A stretch of 63,463 bases of DNA, filler included, from Collodictyon triciliatum (Eukaryota): the NCBI GenBank assembly GCA_043381765.1. It is 6 parts of 6 records of this genome, joined end to end, with 100 filler letters (N's around TTAATTAATTAA, not from the genome) between each part and the next. Parts side by side here need not be neighbours in the genome. Positions count along the whole stretch, not along the records: positions 1 to 10,401 come from JBHJMP010002689.1; positions 10,502 to 20,902 come from JBHJMP010002690.1; 4 more parts are not named here. The stretch is one strand, 5' to 3'. This document shows, one piece after another, positions 1 to 12,174 of the stretch. Position numbers and translations under genes: made by a program. The notes below the pieces were generated by a model. It made no database searches. It was given only the letters and a program-made list of their open reading frames with translations, and had not been told where the DNA came from. The stretch's first letter is position 1. The number at the start of each line of letters is the position of its first letter.

Positions 1-195
1 AGAAAATAAAAAATAGAAAATAAAAAATAGAAAATAAAAAATAGAAAATAAAAAATAGAAAATAAAAAATAGAAAATAAAAAATAGAAAATAAAAAATAA
101 AAAATAGAAAATAAAAAATAAAAAATAGAAAATAAAAAATAGAAAATAAAAAATAGAAAATAAAATGTAGAAAAAAAAGGAGGTAGAAAACGTAC

Positions 196-3100
196 GGATG
201 CGAATATTCGGTTTAATATGTCCAATTTCCTCGCTAAGACTAGCAATTTCTTGTTGAAGATTTACGAGTCTCTAACCAAGAAAAAAATAGACTAAAATTT
301 AAAATTGAAGGAAAAGCAAAGTGAGGATTCGATTTGGACATCTAGTAGGTAATATAAGGGGCAATACACTGAAGCTTTCACTCTGGAGCACAACTGCAGA
401 TTCGCTAGGTTCTTCTAATAGTGGTTGCAATGTCGAGATGACTAGCGTAGTGGTCTCCTGTACAAAGATTTAAGTAAAATCATTTTCTTCATCTTAACTT
501 TTTTATTATCATCATGTAAAAAAACATGGACAAGATTTATCTATACTATTTTAATTTACATCATTTGCAGGTGATTTAGCAGATATATTCCTTTCCTTTT
601 GCCTGGATAAATAAAAAAATGTTCATACCATAGAAGGTCTGTAAGCAAATATATATTTACAAAGTGCACACATTTGAGATAATATATTAGTTAACCAAAT
701 TACTCATTGGGAGTAAAATGAAATCCCCTTGACTTTGGTGCGAGAACAGCAATATCTTTTTCATCGCCTTCGATCGGAGTTTCGACTGGTGATATCGTAG
801 ATTCTGGTAGTTCGCTGTGAAAGTCTTTTTCTCCTTTATTTGACTGGACCTTGGCGTCTCGCAAGTTGGTAGAATCGAGTGAAGTTTGCATCTGCTCAAA
901 TTTCTCTGTGTGTGAGCCACACTCTTTTTGAAATCGTAATACCGTTTGATTCATTTCCTCCCATTGGCGAGCAAGTTTTTTTGTCTAAGTATTTGATAGC
1001 GTTTAATATTATTTCATTAACACGAGGCCATATCAGTAGGGTATATTAATTTGTAATCAAGCAGAATATAGAGGGAAAAAAACCAAGTCTAGTGAAATGC
1101 GATTCATCTCGGCCGGGGTTGCCTCCTGCGAAGCTATATGCTCTTTCAGCACTAAGGCTATTCCATCTATTGCAGACCAGAATGCCTTTCCAATATAAGC
1201 GCTATCCTCTAAAATGACTTTATGACGATGTTCAAAGCTTTGTAGGATAGCCTCGATTTTGTCCCGGATTGCTATAGAATGGATTGAAGAATATTCGGTA
1301 TCACCGGTGCCATCAAGGGCAATGTTTCGATCGTACAGGGCCAATAATTTCTATTTATAAAGTCAAATCAGTTCATGCCGATCACTTCTATGATGACACG
1401 GTTTTGAAAATAAACGCTATGAAAGAATTCTTACCATGGTCTCATTAGCATCATTCTCTTTCTCCTCTAGTTTCAGACGAGTCATATTCAATTCGTCCTC
1501 TATCTTTTTGATAGTAACTATATGATCCATCCTATCGGCTTCTTTTGATTTTATAATTGTAGCAAGCTCCTCCTCAATGGAATTTATTCGTTCAGTTTTA
1601 ATAATAGACTCAGACTCAAGGATGGCTAAATTTCTCTCAATAACTTCTCGGGAAATCTTCAATTCAGAAACGACATTTTGCTCTTTTTTGATAGAGATAT
1701 TCAACTCTTGAATTACAGAACTTTTTGATTCCAAAGCGTCCTGAAGTTCCTGATTTCTGAGCTCCAGGCCTTTGATAATTTCTGGCGCAGAAATGAGAGG
1801 TAGTAATTCACTAATTCGAGTTTGCATCTCTTTATTTGTCGCAAGCTGAGATGAGTATTTTTCAGACATTTCTGATAACTCTCCTTGGATATCATCCATC
1901 GATGCAATCCTTTGGCGGAGCTCGGAGATTTCTTGTCCTCTTCGTTGATTTAGTGAAGTAGCACTAGTTATTTCGGTGTTCATTTTACTCAGTTTTTCAT
2001 TCGACAAGTCAAGCTGCCTATTCAATTCAGAAATGTCAAGTTTCTTGGACTGAAGTTGGTCTGAGAGAGTGACTATCTCAGCTATCTTGTCCTTTACATC
2101 GCATTCCAATTCTGTTATTCTTCTATGCTTGGACTCAATTTCGGATTGATAAAGTGCAGATTCTTCAACTATCGCTTTTAGTGCATCTATCTCTTGAATC
2201 TTTTCGGATAGCATTTTCTCCAGTGATAATTGTTTTGCTTGCAAGGAGTCTATCTTTGACTGAAGGTCTTGCTCTGTTTGTACAAAGAAATCAATTCTTG
2301 ATTGAAGCTCTGTATTTACAATTTTTGACCGATTCAAATCATTTGCAATGTCCAATGACTTCTGTTCCATAGCCGTTATCAGGGCCTGTGCTTCGAGTAA
2401 TGATGCAGATATACGGTATTTTTCTGTCTGGACCTGCGCCACATTTTCCTTCTCCGAGGACAATAGACTGGATAATTCACCTACTTTTGATTTTAGGCTA
2501 TCGTTTTCTACTTCCAAAGATGCAATTATCTGGTTGTAGCTCTCTACCTGACGAGAGTGATTTTGCTTCAATTCGGTTAGCGTTATGACTAAATTGTCGT
2601 TGTCGCGTGCTATACTGAGTAGCTGTGTCTCTAAATCAATTAATTTGATACTCATATCATCGGAGGTCTGGGCCTTCGAAACTGTTTGTTGTTGGAGCCT
2701 GTCAAAGTTATCTCTTAGAATGGTATATGTTTCTCGTAATTGTGAGTGCGAGGCATCAATTTCATTTCTTTCTCGAACGATGAAATTATAGCTTGATTGG
2801 AGTTCTTCCAACTGACATTTTAGTGTGTCCATTCCATCTTTAAGGATGGACTTCTCGTGCTCGTTGGTGCTTAGCGAGCGATTCATATCCATAATACGCT
2901 CTTGTAGCTGTCCAATTTGTATCATATGAGACTGCTCGATATCTTTCAGGGTTTCTGATAATATATTGTAGTCGTTTGAAATTTTAGCATATTTATCCTC
3001 CGTATGGTGCAATAGCGATTCAGTTCTTTTGATTTGACCTTCCAACTCTTGAAGTGATTTTTGAAGAAGATCGTTTGCTTGATTGCTCTGTTCTAAACGC

Positions 3101-4754
3101 TCCGCTATGAGATGGGCATTAGATTCCGATCTCTGAAGTCGGGAGCCAAGATCTACAATTTGACTCTTGTATTCGTTAATCGATAGGGTTAGCTGCTGAA
3201 CACTGGCATCACGGTCAGAATTAATCGAAGACATTTCTTCAAAGATTTTAGACTGCCTCAAATTTTGATTGACAGCTGATTCTAATTCTTTCTGGCATTG
3301 AGCTAAATCAGATTCAGCCTTTTCCAATTTTGCCTCATAATCACTCAATCTATTATTTAGTGCTAATAATTCTTGCTTAGAGTCTGACTCCTTCTCACCC
3401 AAAATTTGCAGGGAGTGTTCGAGATTGAAAACTTTCTTTTCTATGAGCTTTTTCTCCTGCTTCTCGTCAAGTAAGGTTTTTCTTTCTTTTTCCATGACAT
3501 CTATTTGTATTTTGGAATTCGATAACATGCCTTTTACCTCATCGTTTTCCTTTTGTATAGCTTCAAAATCTTGCTTCATTTTCGCCATGACTGAATTTGT
3601 CTGTGAAATTCTGGACTCATACATATCAACGGCCCTTGAATATTCATCGTTGTTTTGTGTATTCAGCAACTTCAAACCTTCAATGGATTTTTCGAATGTG
3701 CAAATCTGGCCTTTTAATTCCATTATGGTTGAGTGATGAATGTCTTCATTAGTCTTACGCACGTTATTTTCCGCAGCTAGCTTCTGAATCAAGTCGTCTC
3801 TTTGAAACAGCTCTTTATTTAATCGATCAATCTCTGCAGCTTGTTTTTGAGAATATTCCTTCCTTTCTCTTAGTTCTGCCTGCAAAAATTCTTCTTTTTT
3901 CTCACTTGGATTCTTATCTTGGTTTTGATAAATGATGCTGCGTGCATCTTTCTCAGCTAACTGTTCATAATCATTGCGCTCTGTCGATTTTTGGGCGGTT
4001 GTTGCATTTCCCTCACCATAGCCCACTATCACTGTCTCTTGGTTAGTAGATGTAAGTTCCTGCGATACGAACTGGTCGCCATTTGTTGGTGACGGATCCG
4101 CATTCGGGTGTAACGTCACATGGCCAACCTCTTGTGGTTTATCCTCACTACTTTCTAATATCTCACCATGTATAAATTCCCTAGATTTTGGTAATACGAC
4201 TAGTTGTTCTATGATATCATTACTTTCTTTTTCGTGTTGGTGTGATATAATATCTTCCGAAGGACCTTCATCAACTCTAGTTGATGTATATAGTGGCGGT
4301 GTATCCACAAAGTAATCTTTTTGCTGCTCAGTCTGTGCATCTGTGCATTAATATACATAATTAAAATAGATCGACGTCAAACTCTATGAAATATTGATAC
4401 ATATGCTAGGAACAAAACCTCTCGGACTGTTCACGACAGAGATAGTTGCTGAGTGAGATGTGCCAGCGTGAGTATCATCTAATATTGCCGAAGCCAAGAG
4501 TTTTCCTTCTGGGTGGACTGTGGACTTGCTTTTCTTTTTTTGAAGCTGAAGCAAAATAGACGTTTTTTTTTTTTAAAAAAAAATTAATATGTAGTTTAAA
4601 AATATGCTAAATGCCCCTCGTTCAAAGGTATTATTCTTTTTGGTACAATGCCATAGCTCAAAAAACATCACAGTCCAATCATTCAAGGTATTTCAATGAG
4701 ACAGTAACAAACCAACTCCCGGGCTTTTGCTATTCTTTCTTGGCGGTCCGACAT
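196..4754 (-). CDS. Very long coiled-coil protein (multi-exon, 3' end outside the window); golgin-like basic N-terminus, possibly leading into a C-terminal kinesin motor
   Basis: The 963-aa heptad-rich ORF 1417-4308 joins in frame, through GT-AG introns, to upstream exons (MSDRQERIAKAREL|LQKKKSK...) and downstream exons. The last visible exon (196-271) reads RLVNLQQEIASLSEEIGHIKPNIRI. Confidence 0.8.
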
Positions 4755-5290
4755 CTATACAATGCCGTCGAAGTTATACGCCTGAGCACGTGAAGAGAAA
4801 AGAACGAAGCAACGAGACGAAATCAAAGAATAAAATGAGGAGTTGTTTGTCATATGCTAAGGACAGGAAACTGATGCGATCACTGCCTCGCACGTCCAGC
4901 GACAAAACGACCACCTCCAACTTTTTTTTTAACTCATTGTGATTTGCGTGATGAGTCATGAGATGTGTGATCGACCAGAAGAAGCGACAATCTATTTCTT
5001 TTTATGTATAGAAGTGAGATAATATCCTTATTAGGCATGATTACGTGAAGAGTAGAACGAAGCAACCTCACAAAGCGCGCGATTATACAAAGTCACCAAA
5101 TTAAGTGAAAAGAGATGAAAAGAAGTGAAAAGAAAAGGAAAATAAGGAAAGGAAACTAAATGAAAAGAAAAAAAAAAAGAAACTAAATGAAACCAAAAGA
5201 ATAGAAAAGAAAAGCTGTGATGTCAAATATTAATTCTCTTTCATATTTTATTATAAAGAATGGAGCCAGTTGGAGTCCTTTGGTTTGATA

Positions 5291-8200
5291 TTAACTTTGC
5301 GACCCTTGCGATGCCTTAAGCTTTTCTCTCAATTCCTAAGACGGAATGAACAAAAAAAAAAAAAAAAAAAGAACGTGCGAGTCAGAATCGAGGAAGAGGA
5401 AAGAAGCAAACGCAACCCAATCAATAGCACGTTAGCAGAGAGGCCAGAAATACTCTGACGGTTTTTGGGGGCGATAGATATATAATCCTATAAATTCTAG
5501 GATGGGGTGCCCTCACTTTAAACCGGGCGATGCACTCCTTCTTTGATTTCCCCGGAACCATCTCTGCAATCTTGTCCCATCTATCTGTTAACTGGGCAGA
5601 GAATGTCTTCAAACCTGTCTCAAGAGCCTTCTGCTGTTCGGCAGTCCACACCGACGAAGCAGCAGCAGATTCAGACTGCTAACATCCCAACAGCGTTAGT
5701 AAAGAAGTGCCACAACCTCTCATGAAAATGGGGTCCGGGATTGGAGTAAAGGCCAGTGAGTTTCGAAAACAAAGGAATATCCTCGCATCCAACATTTCAG
5801 GCCTATTGAATTATTCACCTTCTTAGGAATCTCCTTCGAGGCAGTCTCTGGGCTGGATACCTTTGGTGAGGCAGGGCTCTCTATGTTGGTATCTGATATA
5901 ATTGGAGTTTCTCGCGCGGTAGGTTCTGCAAGTGCAGCAGCTTTCTTTTCGCCTGGAAGGGATTCTGCGATCGGTTTGACAGCCTCTGTTGTATGTATGT
6001 ACGGAAGGGAGAGTCAGTTCTCTTCGTCAACAATTACAATAGAAATTTTAGGTGTATTAATGATAAAACACAAAATACAGCATGAAAATAGACATGGTGG
6101 TTTGGTTGAGCATCCCTTTTTGTTTGCTGCAGGTGCTATTCAATCAAACTAACCTCCTTTTTTCATCAACTTTGTTTTCTCAATAACCTCCTCGGGAGAG
6201 CGTGTCCCAATAAGATCTGCAATCTGTTGCCATCGATTGGATGCACCTCCGGGATATTTTGCGATTCCTTGAGCCAGAAGTGAAATTTCGGCTCTTGTCC
6301 ACTCGGTGTCTGCATTTAAACATTTGTTTACAATTATGAATATCATTATTATAGGTAATATAATCGAAATAAAGAAAGAAAACCATACTCTTCTTGGGTT
6401 CGACCTTCGGAGATGCTACTGTAGCTTTGGGAATAGCCGGTGAAGGTAATGGGGATGGTGACGGTGTGGTGACTTTTGGTAAGCTTTTCTTCTCTTCATA
6501 CTAAATATCACATATCACACAACACATATCAAATATCAAATGGTCAGTTTGGTTTCCCCGGTGCGATGCCTTTCGCAGCTACAAAACAAAACAAAACAAA
6601 ACAAAACAAAACAAAACAAAACAAAACAAAACAAAACAAAACAAAACAAAACAAAACAAAACAAAACAAAACAAAACAAAACAAACAAAAAAACTAAGCT
6701 GTTCATTTTTGTTATTGATTTTGAATGTAAATTATTTTCTGTAATTACGATGAAGCCGAATATATATTAATATTAATATATATTCGGCTTCATACGAACC
6801 AGTTCCCGAAGCTTGACTATAAATTGATTCGGGTTTAAAGACAACAAGCCCATGTCTTCAGATAACTGACGAAGGTCGTCAATTCCCAGGACCGTAGCAA
6901 TGTGGTCTGCTGCACTGTTTAGCTCTTCCACTTCGCTAGATTTCAAGTCTGGGACAGACTCGACAACTGCCTTAACTATGGACTTGAGATTGGACCTTTC
7001 CTTTTTCAGATTCTTTTTTTCCTTTTCCTTTTGTCTCTTCAATGCTGCTGCCTAAGACAAAACGATATATCAATGTCCACAGAGAAACCAATGCCGTTAC
7101 AGGAACGATATGACCAACCTCCTCTGCCTTTTTCCGTTCTTCGTCTTCGACTTTCTTTCTCTCCTCTTCTTCCTTCCTTAATTTCTTAAGAGGAAAAAAA
7201 AAAAAAAAAGAAAGAAAGAAGGAATGATGTCATATTATACTACTGCCTCTTTAAATATGACGAAGATAAGCTCAAAGATAATCTCTTATGCTTGGATGGC
7301 AAGTGATACCGCTTCTTCCTCAAGGCGCTTGGCTTCAAGTTTTTCCTGTTTTTTCTTTTCACGGGCGTCGATATCGGCCTGTTTCTTCCTAGATATGCGA
7401 GGGTCATACTTGTATGCTAAATGTGAGGACATAGTCAAGGAGCAAAAAACATGCAGTCTTCTCGTTTGAGGCTTTGTATGACCTGAGAGGATTTTCAAGC
7501 ACTATCAATTTGTATATATATATATGCAATATTCCACCCAACAGAAACTTAACAGAAAGGATATCTATGAGCTTTCTCAGGCGAATGTTTTCATCCTTGC
7601 GCTTTTTGACCTTGTCGCGCTCATTTTCTCTTTCCATCCATCTTCTTTCCTCTCTACAGGAAGCTTGATCCAGGTCGTGCTCGTCTTCTCCTGAAAAGTC
7701 TCTCCATGATTTGAAGTCATTCCAAAATTCATAAAATTCCATGACCTTAAACCCGATTCAGTTAATAAGGACATATTACGCTATATTAGATTCCTCATCA
7801 CCAAACATTTTCAAATACATAGATGCTCAAAAATAAATGTATGAACAACAACAACAACAACAACAACAATAACAACAACAATAACAACAACAATAACAAC
7901 AACAATAACAACAACAATAACAACAACAATAACAACAACAATAACNNNNNNNNNNNNNNNNNNNNNNNNNNNNNNNNNNNNNNNNNNNNNNNNNNNNNNN
8001 NNNNNNNNNNNNNNNNNNNNNNNNNNNNNNNNNNNNNNNNNNNNNNNNNNNNNNNNNNNNNNNNNNNNNNNNNNNNNNNNNNNNNNNNNNNNNNNNNNNN
8101 NNNNNNNNNNNNNNNNNNNNNNNNNNNNNNNNNNNNNNNNNNNNNNNNNNNNNNNNNNNNNNNNNNNNNNNNNNNNNNNNNNNNNNNNNNNNNNNNNNNN

Positions 8201-10234
8201 NNNNNNNNNNNNNNNNNNNNNNNNNNNNNNNNNNNNNNNNNNNNNNNNNNNNNNNNNNNNNNNNNNNNNNNNNNNNNNNNNNNNNNNNNNNNNNNNNNNN
8301 NNNNNNNNNNNNNNNNNNNNNNNNNNNNNNNNNNNNNNNNNNNNNNNNNNNNNNNNNNNNNNNNNNNNNNNNNNNNNNNNNNNNNNNNNNNNNNNNNNNN
8401 NNNNNNNNNNNNNNNNNNNNNNNNNNNNNNNNNNNNNNNNNNNNNNNNNNNNNNNNNNNNNNNNNNNNNNNNNNNNNNNNNNNNNNNNNNNNNNNNNNNN
8501 NNNNNNNNNNNNNNNNNNNNNNNNNNNNNNNNNNNNNNNNNNNNNNNNNNNNNNNNNNNNNNNNNNNNNNNNNNNNNNNNNNNNNNNNNNNNNNNNNNNN
8601 NNNNNNNNNNNNNNNNNNNNNNNNNNNNNNNNNNNNNNNNNNNNNNNNNNNNNNNNNNNNNNNNNNNNNNNNNNNNNNNNNNNNNNNNNNNNNNNNNNNN
8701 NNNNNNNNNNNNNNNNNNNNNNNNNNNNNNNNNNNNNNNNNNNNNNNNNNNNNNNNNNNNNNNNNNNNNNNNNNNNNNNNNNNNNTAACAACAACAATAA
8801 CAACAACAATAACAACAACAATAACAACAACAATAACAACAACAATAACAACAACAATAACAACAACAATAACAACAACAATAACAACAACAATAACAAC
8901 AACAATAACAACAATAACAACAATAACAACAACAACAACAATAACAATAACAATAACAATAACAATAACAATAACAATAACAATAACAATAACAATAACA
9001 ATAACAATAACAATAACAACAACAACATCATCATCATCAGAATGACGCATTTAAACGAACAGGCAGACCTGTTTATAAGGAGTCGAATCGTCTCCGAGCA
9101 GCGGTACTGGTTTTTCACTCGACCATCTATGAAACAAAACCGACATTTGTACCCACCAACGATTTCGTTAGTATCAATTCACTTAAGTTTGAAAATCTGA
9201 ATGGTCAACAGCAGAGACTGATGTGCATATTTCTAATGTTTATATATATATATATATATATTTAAAAAAATACTTTGAGTTCCTGAAGAAAACAGGACCG
9301 TAAACTTCATAAAAGTTTTCGCCATCTTTGAAGCTCGGTATGCTGTCATCGAACGATTCAGAAGAATCATACTCTCTCTTTTTCTTTGGGTCACTCAAGA
9401 CTTCAAATGCTGAGATTGGTGATACACATTTTTTTTTTTAAAAATAACAAGAAAAAGAAAAAGGTAAAGATTAATAAAAATAAAAATAAAAATAAAAATA
9501 AAAATAAAAATAAAAATAAAAATAAAAAGAAAAAGAAGAAATAATCGAATACAAACCTTTGTGGATGGCTTTAAAAGCTAAATCATTTGATGTGTCTAAC
9601 TCAGGGTCTCCTGCTTGCTTGTCTGGGTGGTATACGAGGGCCATTTTTCTGTCTAATGAAGAGAGATAAGCATGTTATGCAAAAGCCGATCCCGCATTCT
9701 TAAAATTATCATAAAACGATTAAAAATTGACTCATCAAAAGTGAAATCATACATGCTTTTCGAATTTGTTCGGCAGACGCTGCCCAGCGCACATCCTGCA
9801 GGCCCAAAAGTGCATAGTGATCCTGATTGGTATTTTTCAGATTATCGTGAGTCAAAAATTCACATGGAATAAAACGATTCTCTCATGAAAAAGTGGAGGG
9901 TATGCCATACCACGCATGGAAATTAACCCTGATAACTAAAAAAAAAAAAAGTTGCAAAATTTTTTTTTTGCAAACACTATGATTTAAGTACGAAATTAGA
10001 TGTCAATATGCACCTGCTCCATGATTGCACCAGCTATAATAGCTTTCTGGTCAGCTTTCGTAGTTTTAGGGGTTGATACGTCTTCTGCATCGGCGACACC
10101 GGAAGCGGCTTTCTGTGCTTTCATGGAACGCTTTGATGGTCCCGCTGTATTCGGATTCAACTGCTCCCGAATATTTCTCAGCAGCTCCAGAATACCCTTT
10201 CCGGCATTCTCCACCAGTCTTTTTCCTGGCCAGC
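5291..10234 (-). CDS. DNAJC2: DnaJ subfamily C member 2 / zuotin (MPP11) ribosome-associated J-protein, 5' partial
   Basis: Spliced exons give a J-domain (DHYALLGL...[12 protein letters not shown]...[16 protein letters not shown]), a zuotin homology region ([15 protein letters not shown]...RWMEREN...[11 protein letters not shown]) and two SANT/Myb repeats ([32 protein letters not shown]...DRWDKIA). Stop TAA at 5291-5293. Confidence 0.95.
6580..6687. repeat. (AAAAC)n microsatellite, intronic
   Basis: Tandem pentamer visible in the sequence. Confidence 0.95.
6750..6793. repeat. Perfect 44-bp palindrome in a DNAJC2 intron
   Basis: atgaagccgaatatatattaatattaatatatattcggcttcat equals its own reverse complement. 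Confidence 0.95.
7423..7564 (-). other. U12-type (minor spliceosome) AT-AC intron in DNAJC2
   Basis: On the minus strand the 5' site is G|ATATCCTTT, the branch site is TCCTTGAC (7441-7434) and the 3' end is AC|. Removal restores the in-frame sequence [16 protein letters not shown]. Confidence 0.93.
7843..9027. repeat. (AAC/AAT)n microsatellite spanning an assembly gap, inside a DNAJC2 intron
   Basis: Tandem AAC/AAT triplets on both sides of the N run. Confidence 0.9.
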
Positions 10235-10401
10235 CTATCCCAAACGAGTTACCGAGATATAAATGAGTCCCAAAAAGAAAGGAGGAAGAAAGTAAGAAAG
10301 TAAGAAAGGAAGAAAGGAAGAAAGGAAGAAAGGAAGAAAGGAAGAAAGGAAGAAAGGAAGAAAGGAAGAAAGGAAGAAAGGAAGAAAGGAAGAAAGGAAG
10401 A

Positions 10402-10501
10402 NNNNNNNNNNNNNNNNNNNNNNNNNNNNNNNNNNNNNNNNNNNNTTAATTAATTAANNNNNNNNNNNNNNNNNNNNNNNNNNNNNNNNNNNNNNNNNNN
10501 N
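10402..10501. other. Artificial contig spacer N44-TTAATTAATTAA-N44
   Basis: A six-frame stop 12-mer embedded in Ns; the identical construct occurs five times in the window. Confidence 0.97.
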
Positions 10502-12174
10502 AAAGAAAAGAAAAGAAAAGAAAAGAAAAGAAAAGAAAAGAAAAGAAAAGAAAAGAAAAGAAAAGAAAAGAAAAGAAAAGAAAAGAAAAGAAAATAAAAT
10601 AAAAAGGAAAGGAAAGGAAAACATAACAAAACAAAACAAAACAATACAAAGGAAAGCCACATACAGGATCTCTTCAGTGCGCCCCAGCTCCTTGGACAGG
10701 CTTCCCTGGAAGGAATATAGCACGACCATGGGGCTACTCTTAGAGAAGAAGGCTGACTTCGGCAGATCGCTAAACGGGAACAAAAGCAATAGGCCCCTCT
10801 AAGTGAATTATCTCGTGTACAAGACAGGGCCGTAGCAGCGTGTCACACATGGCAAGGCGAATAGAATTTCTTCTGCACGCAACAACATCAACAAAAATTC
10901 GAGTCGCTCTTACGCGCAAGAGAACTTGAGTCTGAACTCTGTTGATCTGGCGCCAGGAACCGACATGAGAACTGATTCGAAGCAGACGTTCTGTACTCGC
11001 GGAACCTAACCCCTGCGGCATAAATGAGCAACATTAGAATGCACGACGTGTTTTGCAGAGTCCAGAGCAAGGGGCAAGCCGAATTTGCAACGGGAAGGCT
11101 TCTTGAAGTCTCTTAGTCTGTCCCATCTGCGCCAGCCCAGAACACCTAACAGCTCCATGTCTTGGAACAAATACGAAACCAGTGAATTAATGTCAGAGAA
11201 GACAACTCCAGCGGCCGCTGGTCTAGATTAATCGCGCGATAAAACCAGAGATTGTTCTTCATGGAATATCCACATTTATGCTGATTCATCGAAAAGGTGT
11301 GGCGCTACATCCTGTCTTGGCAATCAATTCATTTTGCTTCGTGCTCACCCCTTGAGTTGATCAAAAAATACATCAGATTCACAATTCATTAAACAGTATG
11401 TATATCAGTCTATTTAAAATAATATTTATACATTTTGTAATATTTTCCATAAATAGTATTTTGTTGTCTTTCTCAGAAGTAACAGAATCTACTCACAAGA
11501 TTCTTTCCAAATTGGTTGCGCTTTCTCTACCGCGCACACCTCCCTCGCCCAATTAATTGTTTCTAAGGTCCTATGTATATTATTTAATGTATTATGGTAT
11601 ACTAATTGATACATATAAGATATTATATATCCAATAAGGTTCTTATAAATAACATATACATAATTTCCACAAATAGATTATCACAGAAAGTTCTGGCTGT
11701 CATTAGAAGGCCTTATGTCAGTTGTCAAAACTTGGCCAACAAGGCAGAAACGAAAATGGATCGTTTTTAGGTGGCTGAGATAAATGGAGAACTGAGATCT
11801 GATGCTCCCATCAATCCATCTTCTTGGAAGAGAGGAAGCCTTCAGACAGCCCTCAACATAGAACAGAAACTAAAGGAATATTCTTCGCATTATGCACTAA
11901 TAAGCGCTGTTCTCATAACATTCAATCTCGTCTCCTTAGTTCTGTTCTGTTCTGTTCTGTTCTGTTTTCTCTTTCTCTTTCTCTTTCTCTTTATTTGTTT
12001 TCTTCTTCTTCTTTTTCACTTCTTCTATATACTCCTCGTTCTTGCAGTTCATTGTGTGTCGCTTGTTTTCATTTCTCCGTATAATTTTTCACAGAGTGCT
12101 TATATATATTTATTAAAGTCCTTCTCCTTTTTCTTGCCATTTCCCCTCTTCATAGGTCTTGCATTTGTGCTAGA

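Noticed and set aside
7811-9118. Long ORFs of poly-L/N/V/X, and similar poly-F/K ORFs elsewhere
   Set aside because: Translations of microsatellites and N gaps.
10446-10457. TTAATTAATTAA recurring five times between N runs
   Set aside because: Artificial six-frame-stop contig linker; not biological, and synteny across it is meaningless.
11005-11013. CCTAACCC resembling a TTAGGG telomerase RNA template in unexplained sequence 10650-11400
   Set aside because: An 8-mer is expected by chance, and I could not identify a supporting structure or promoter.
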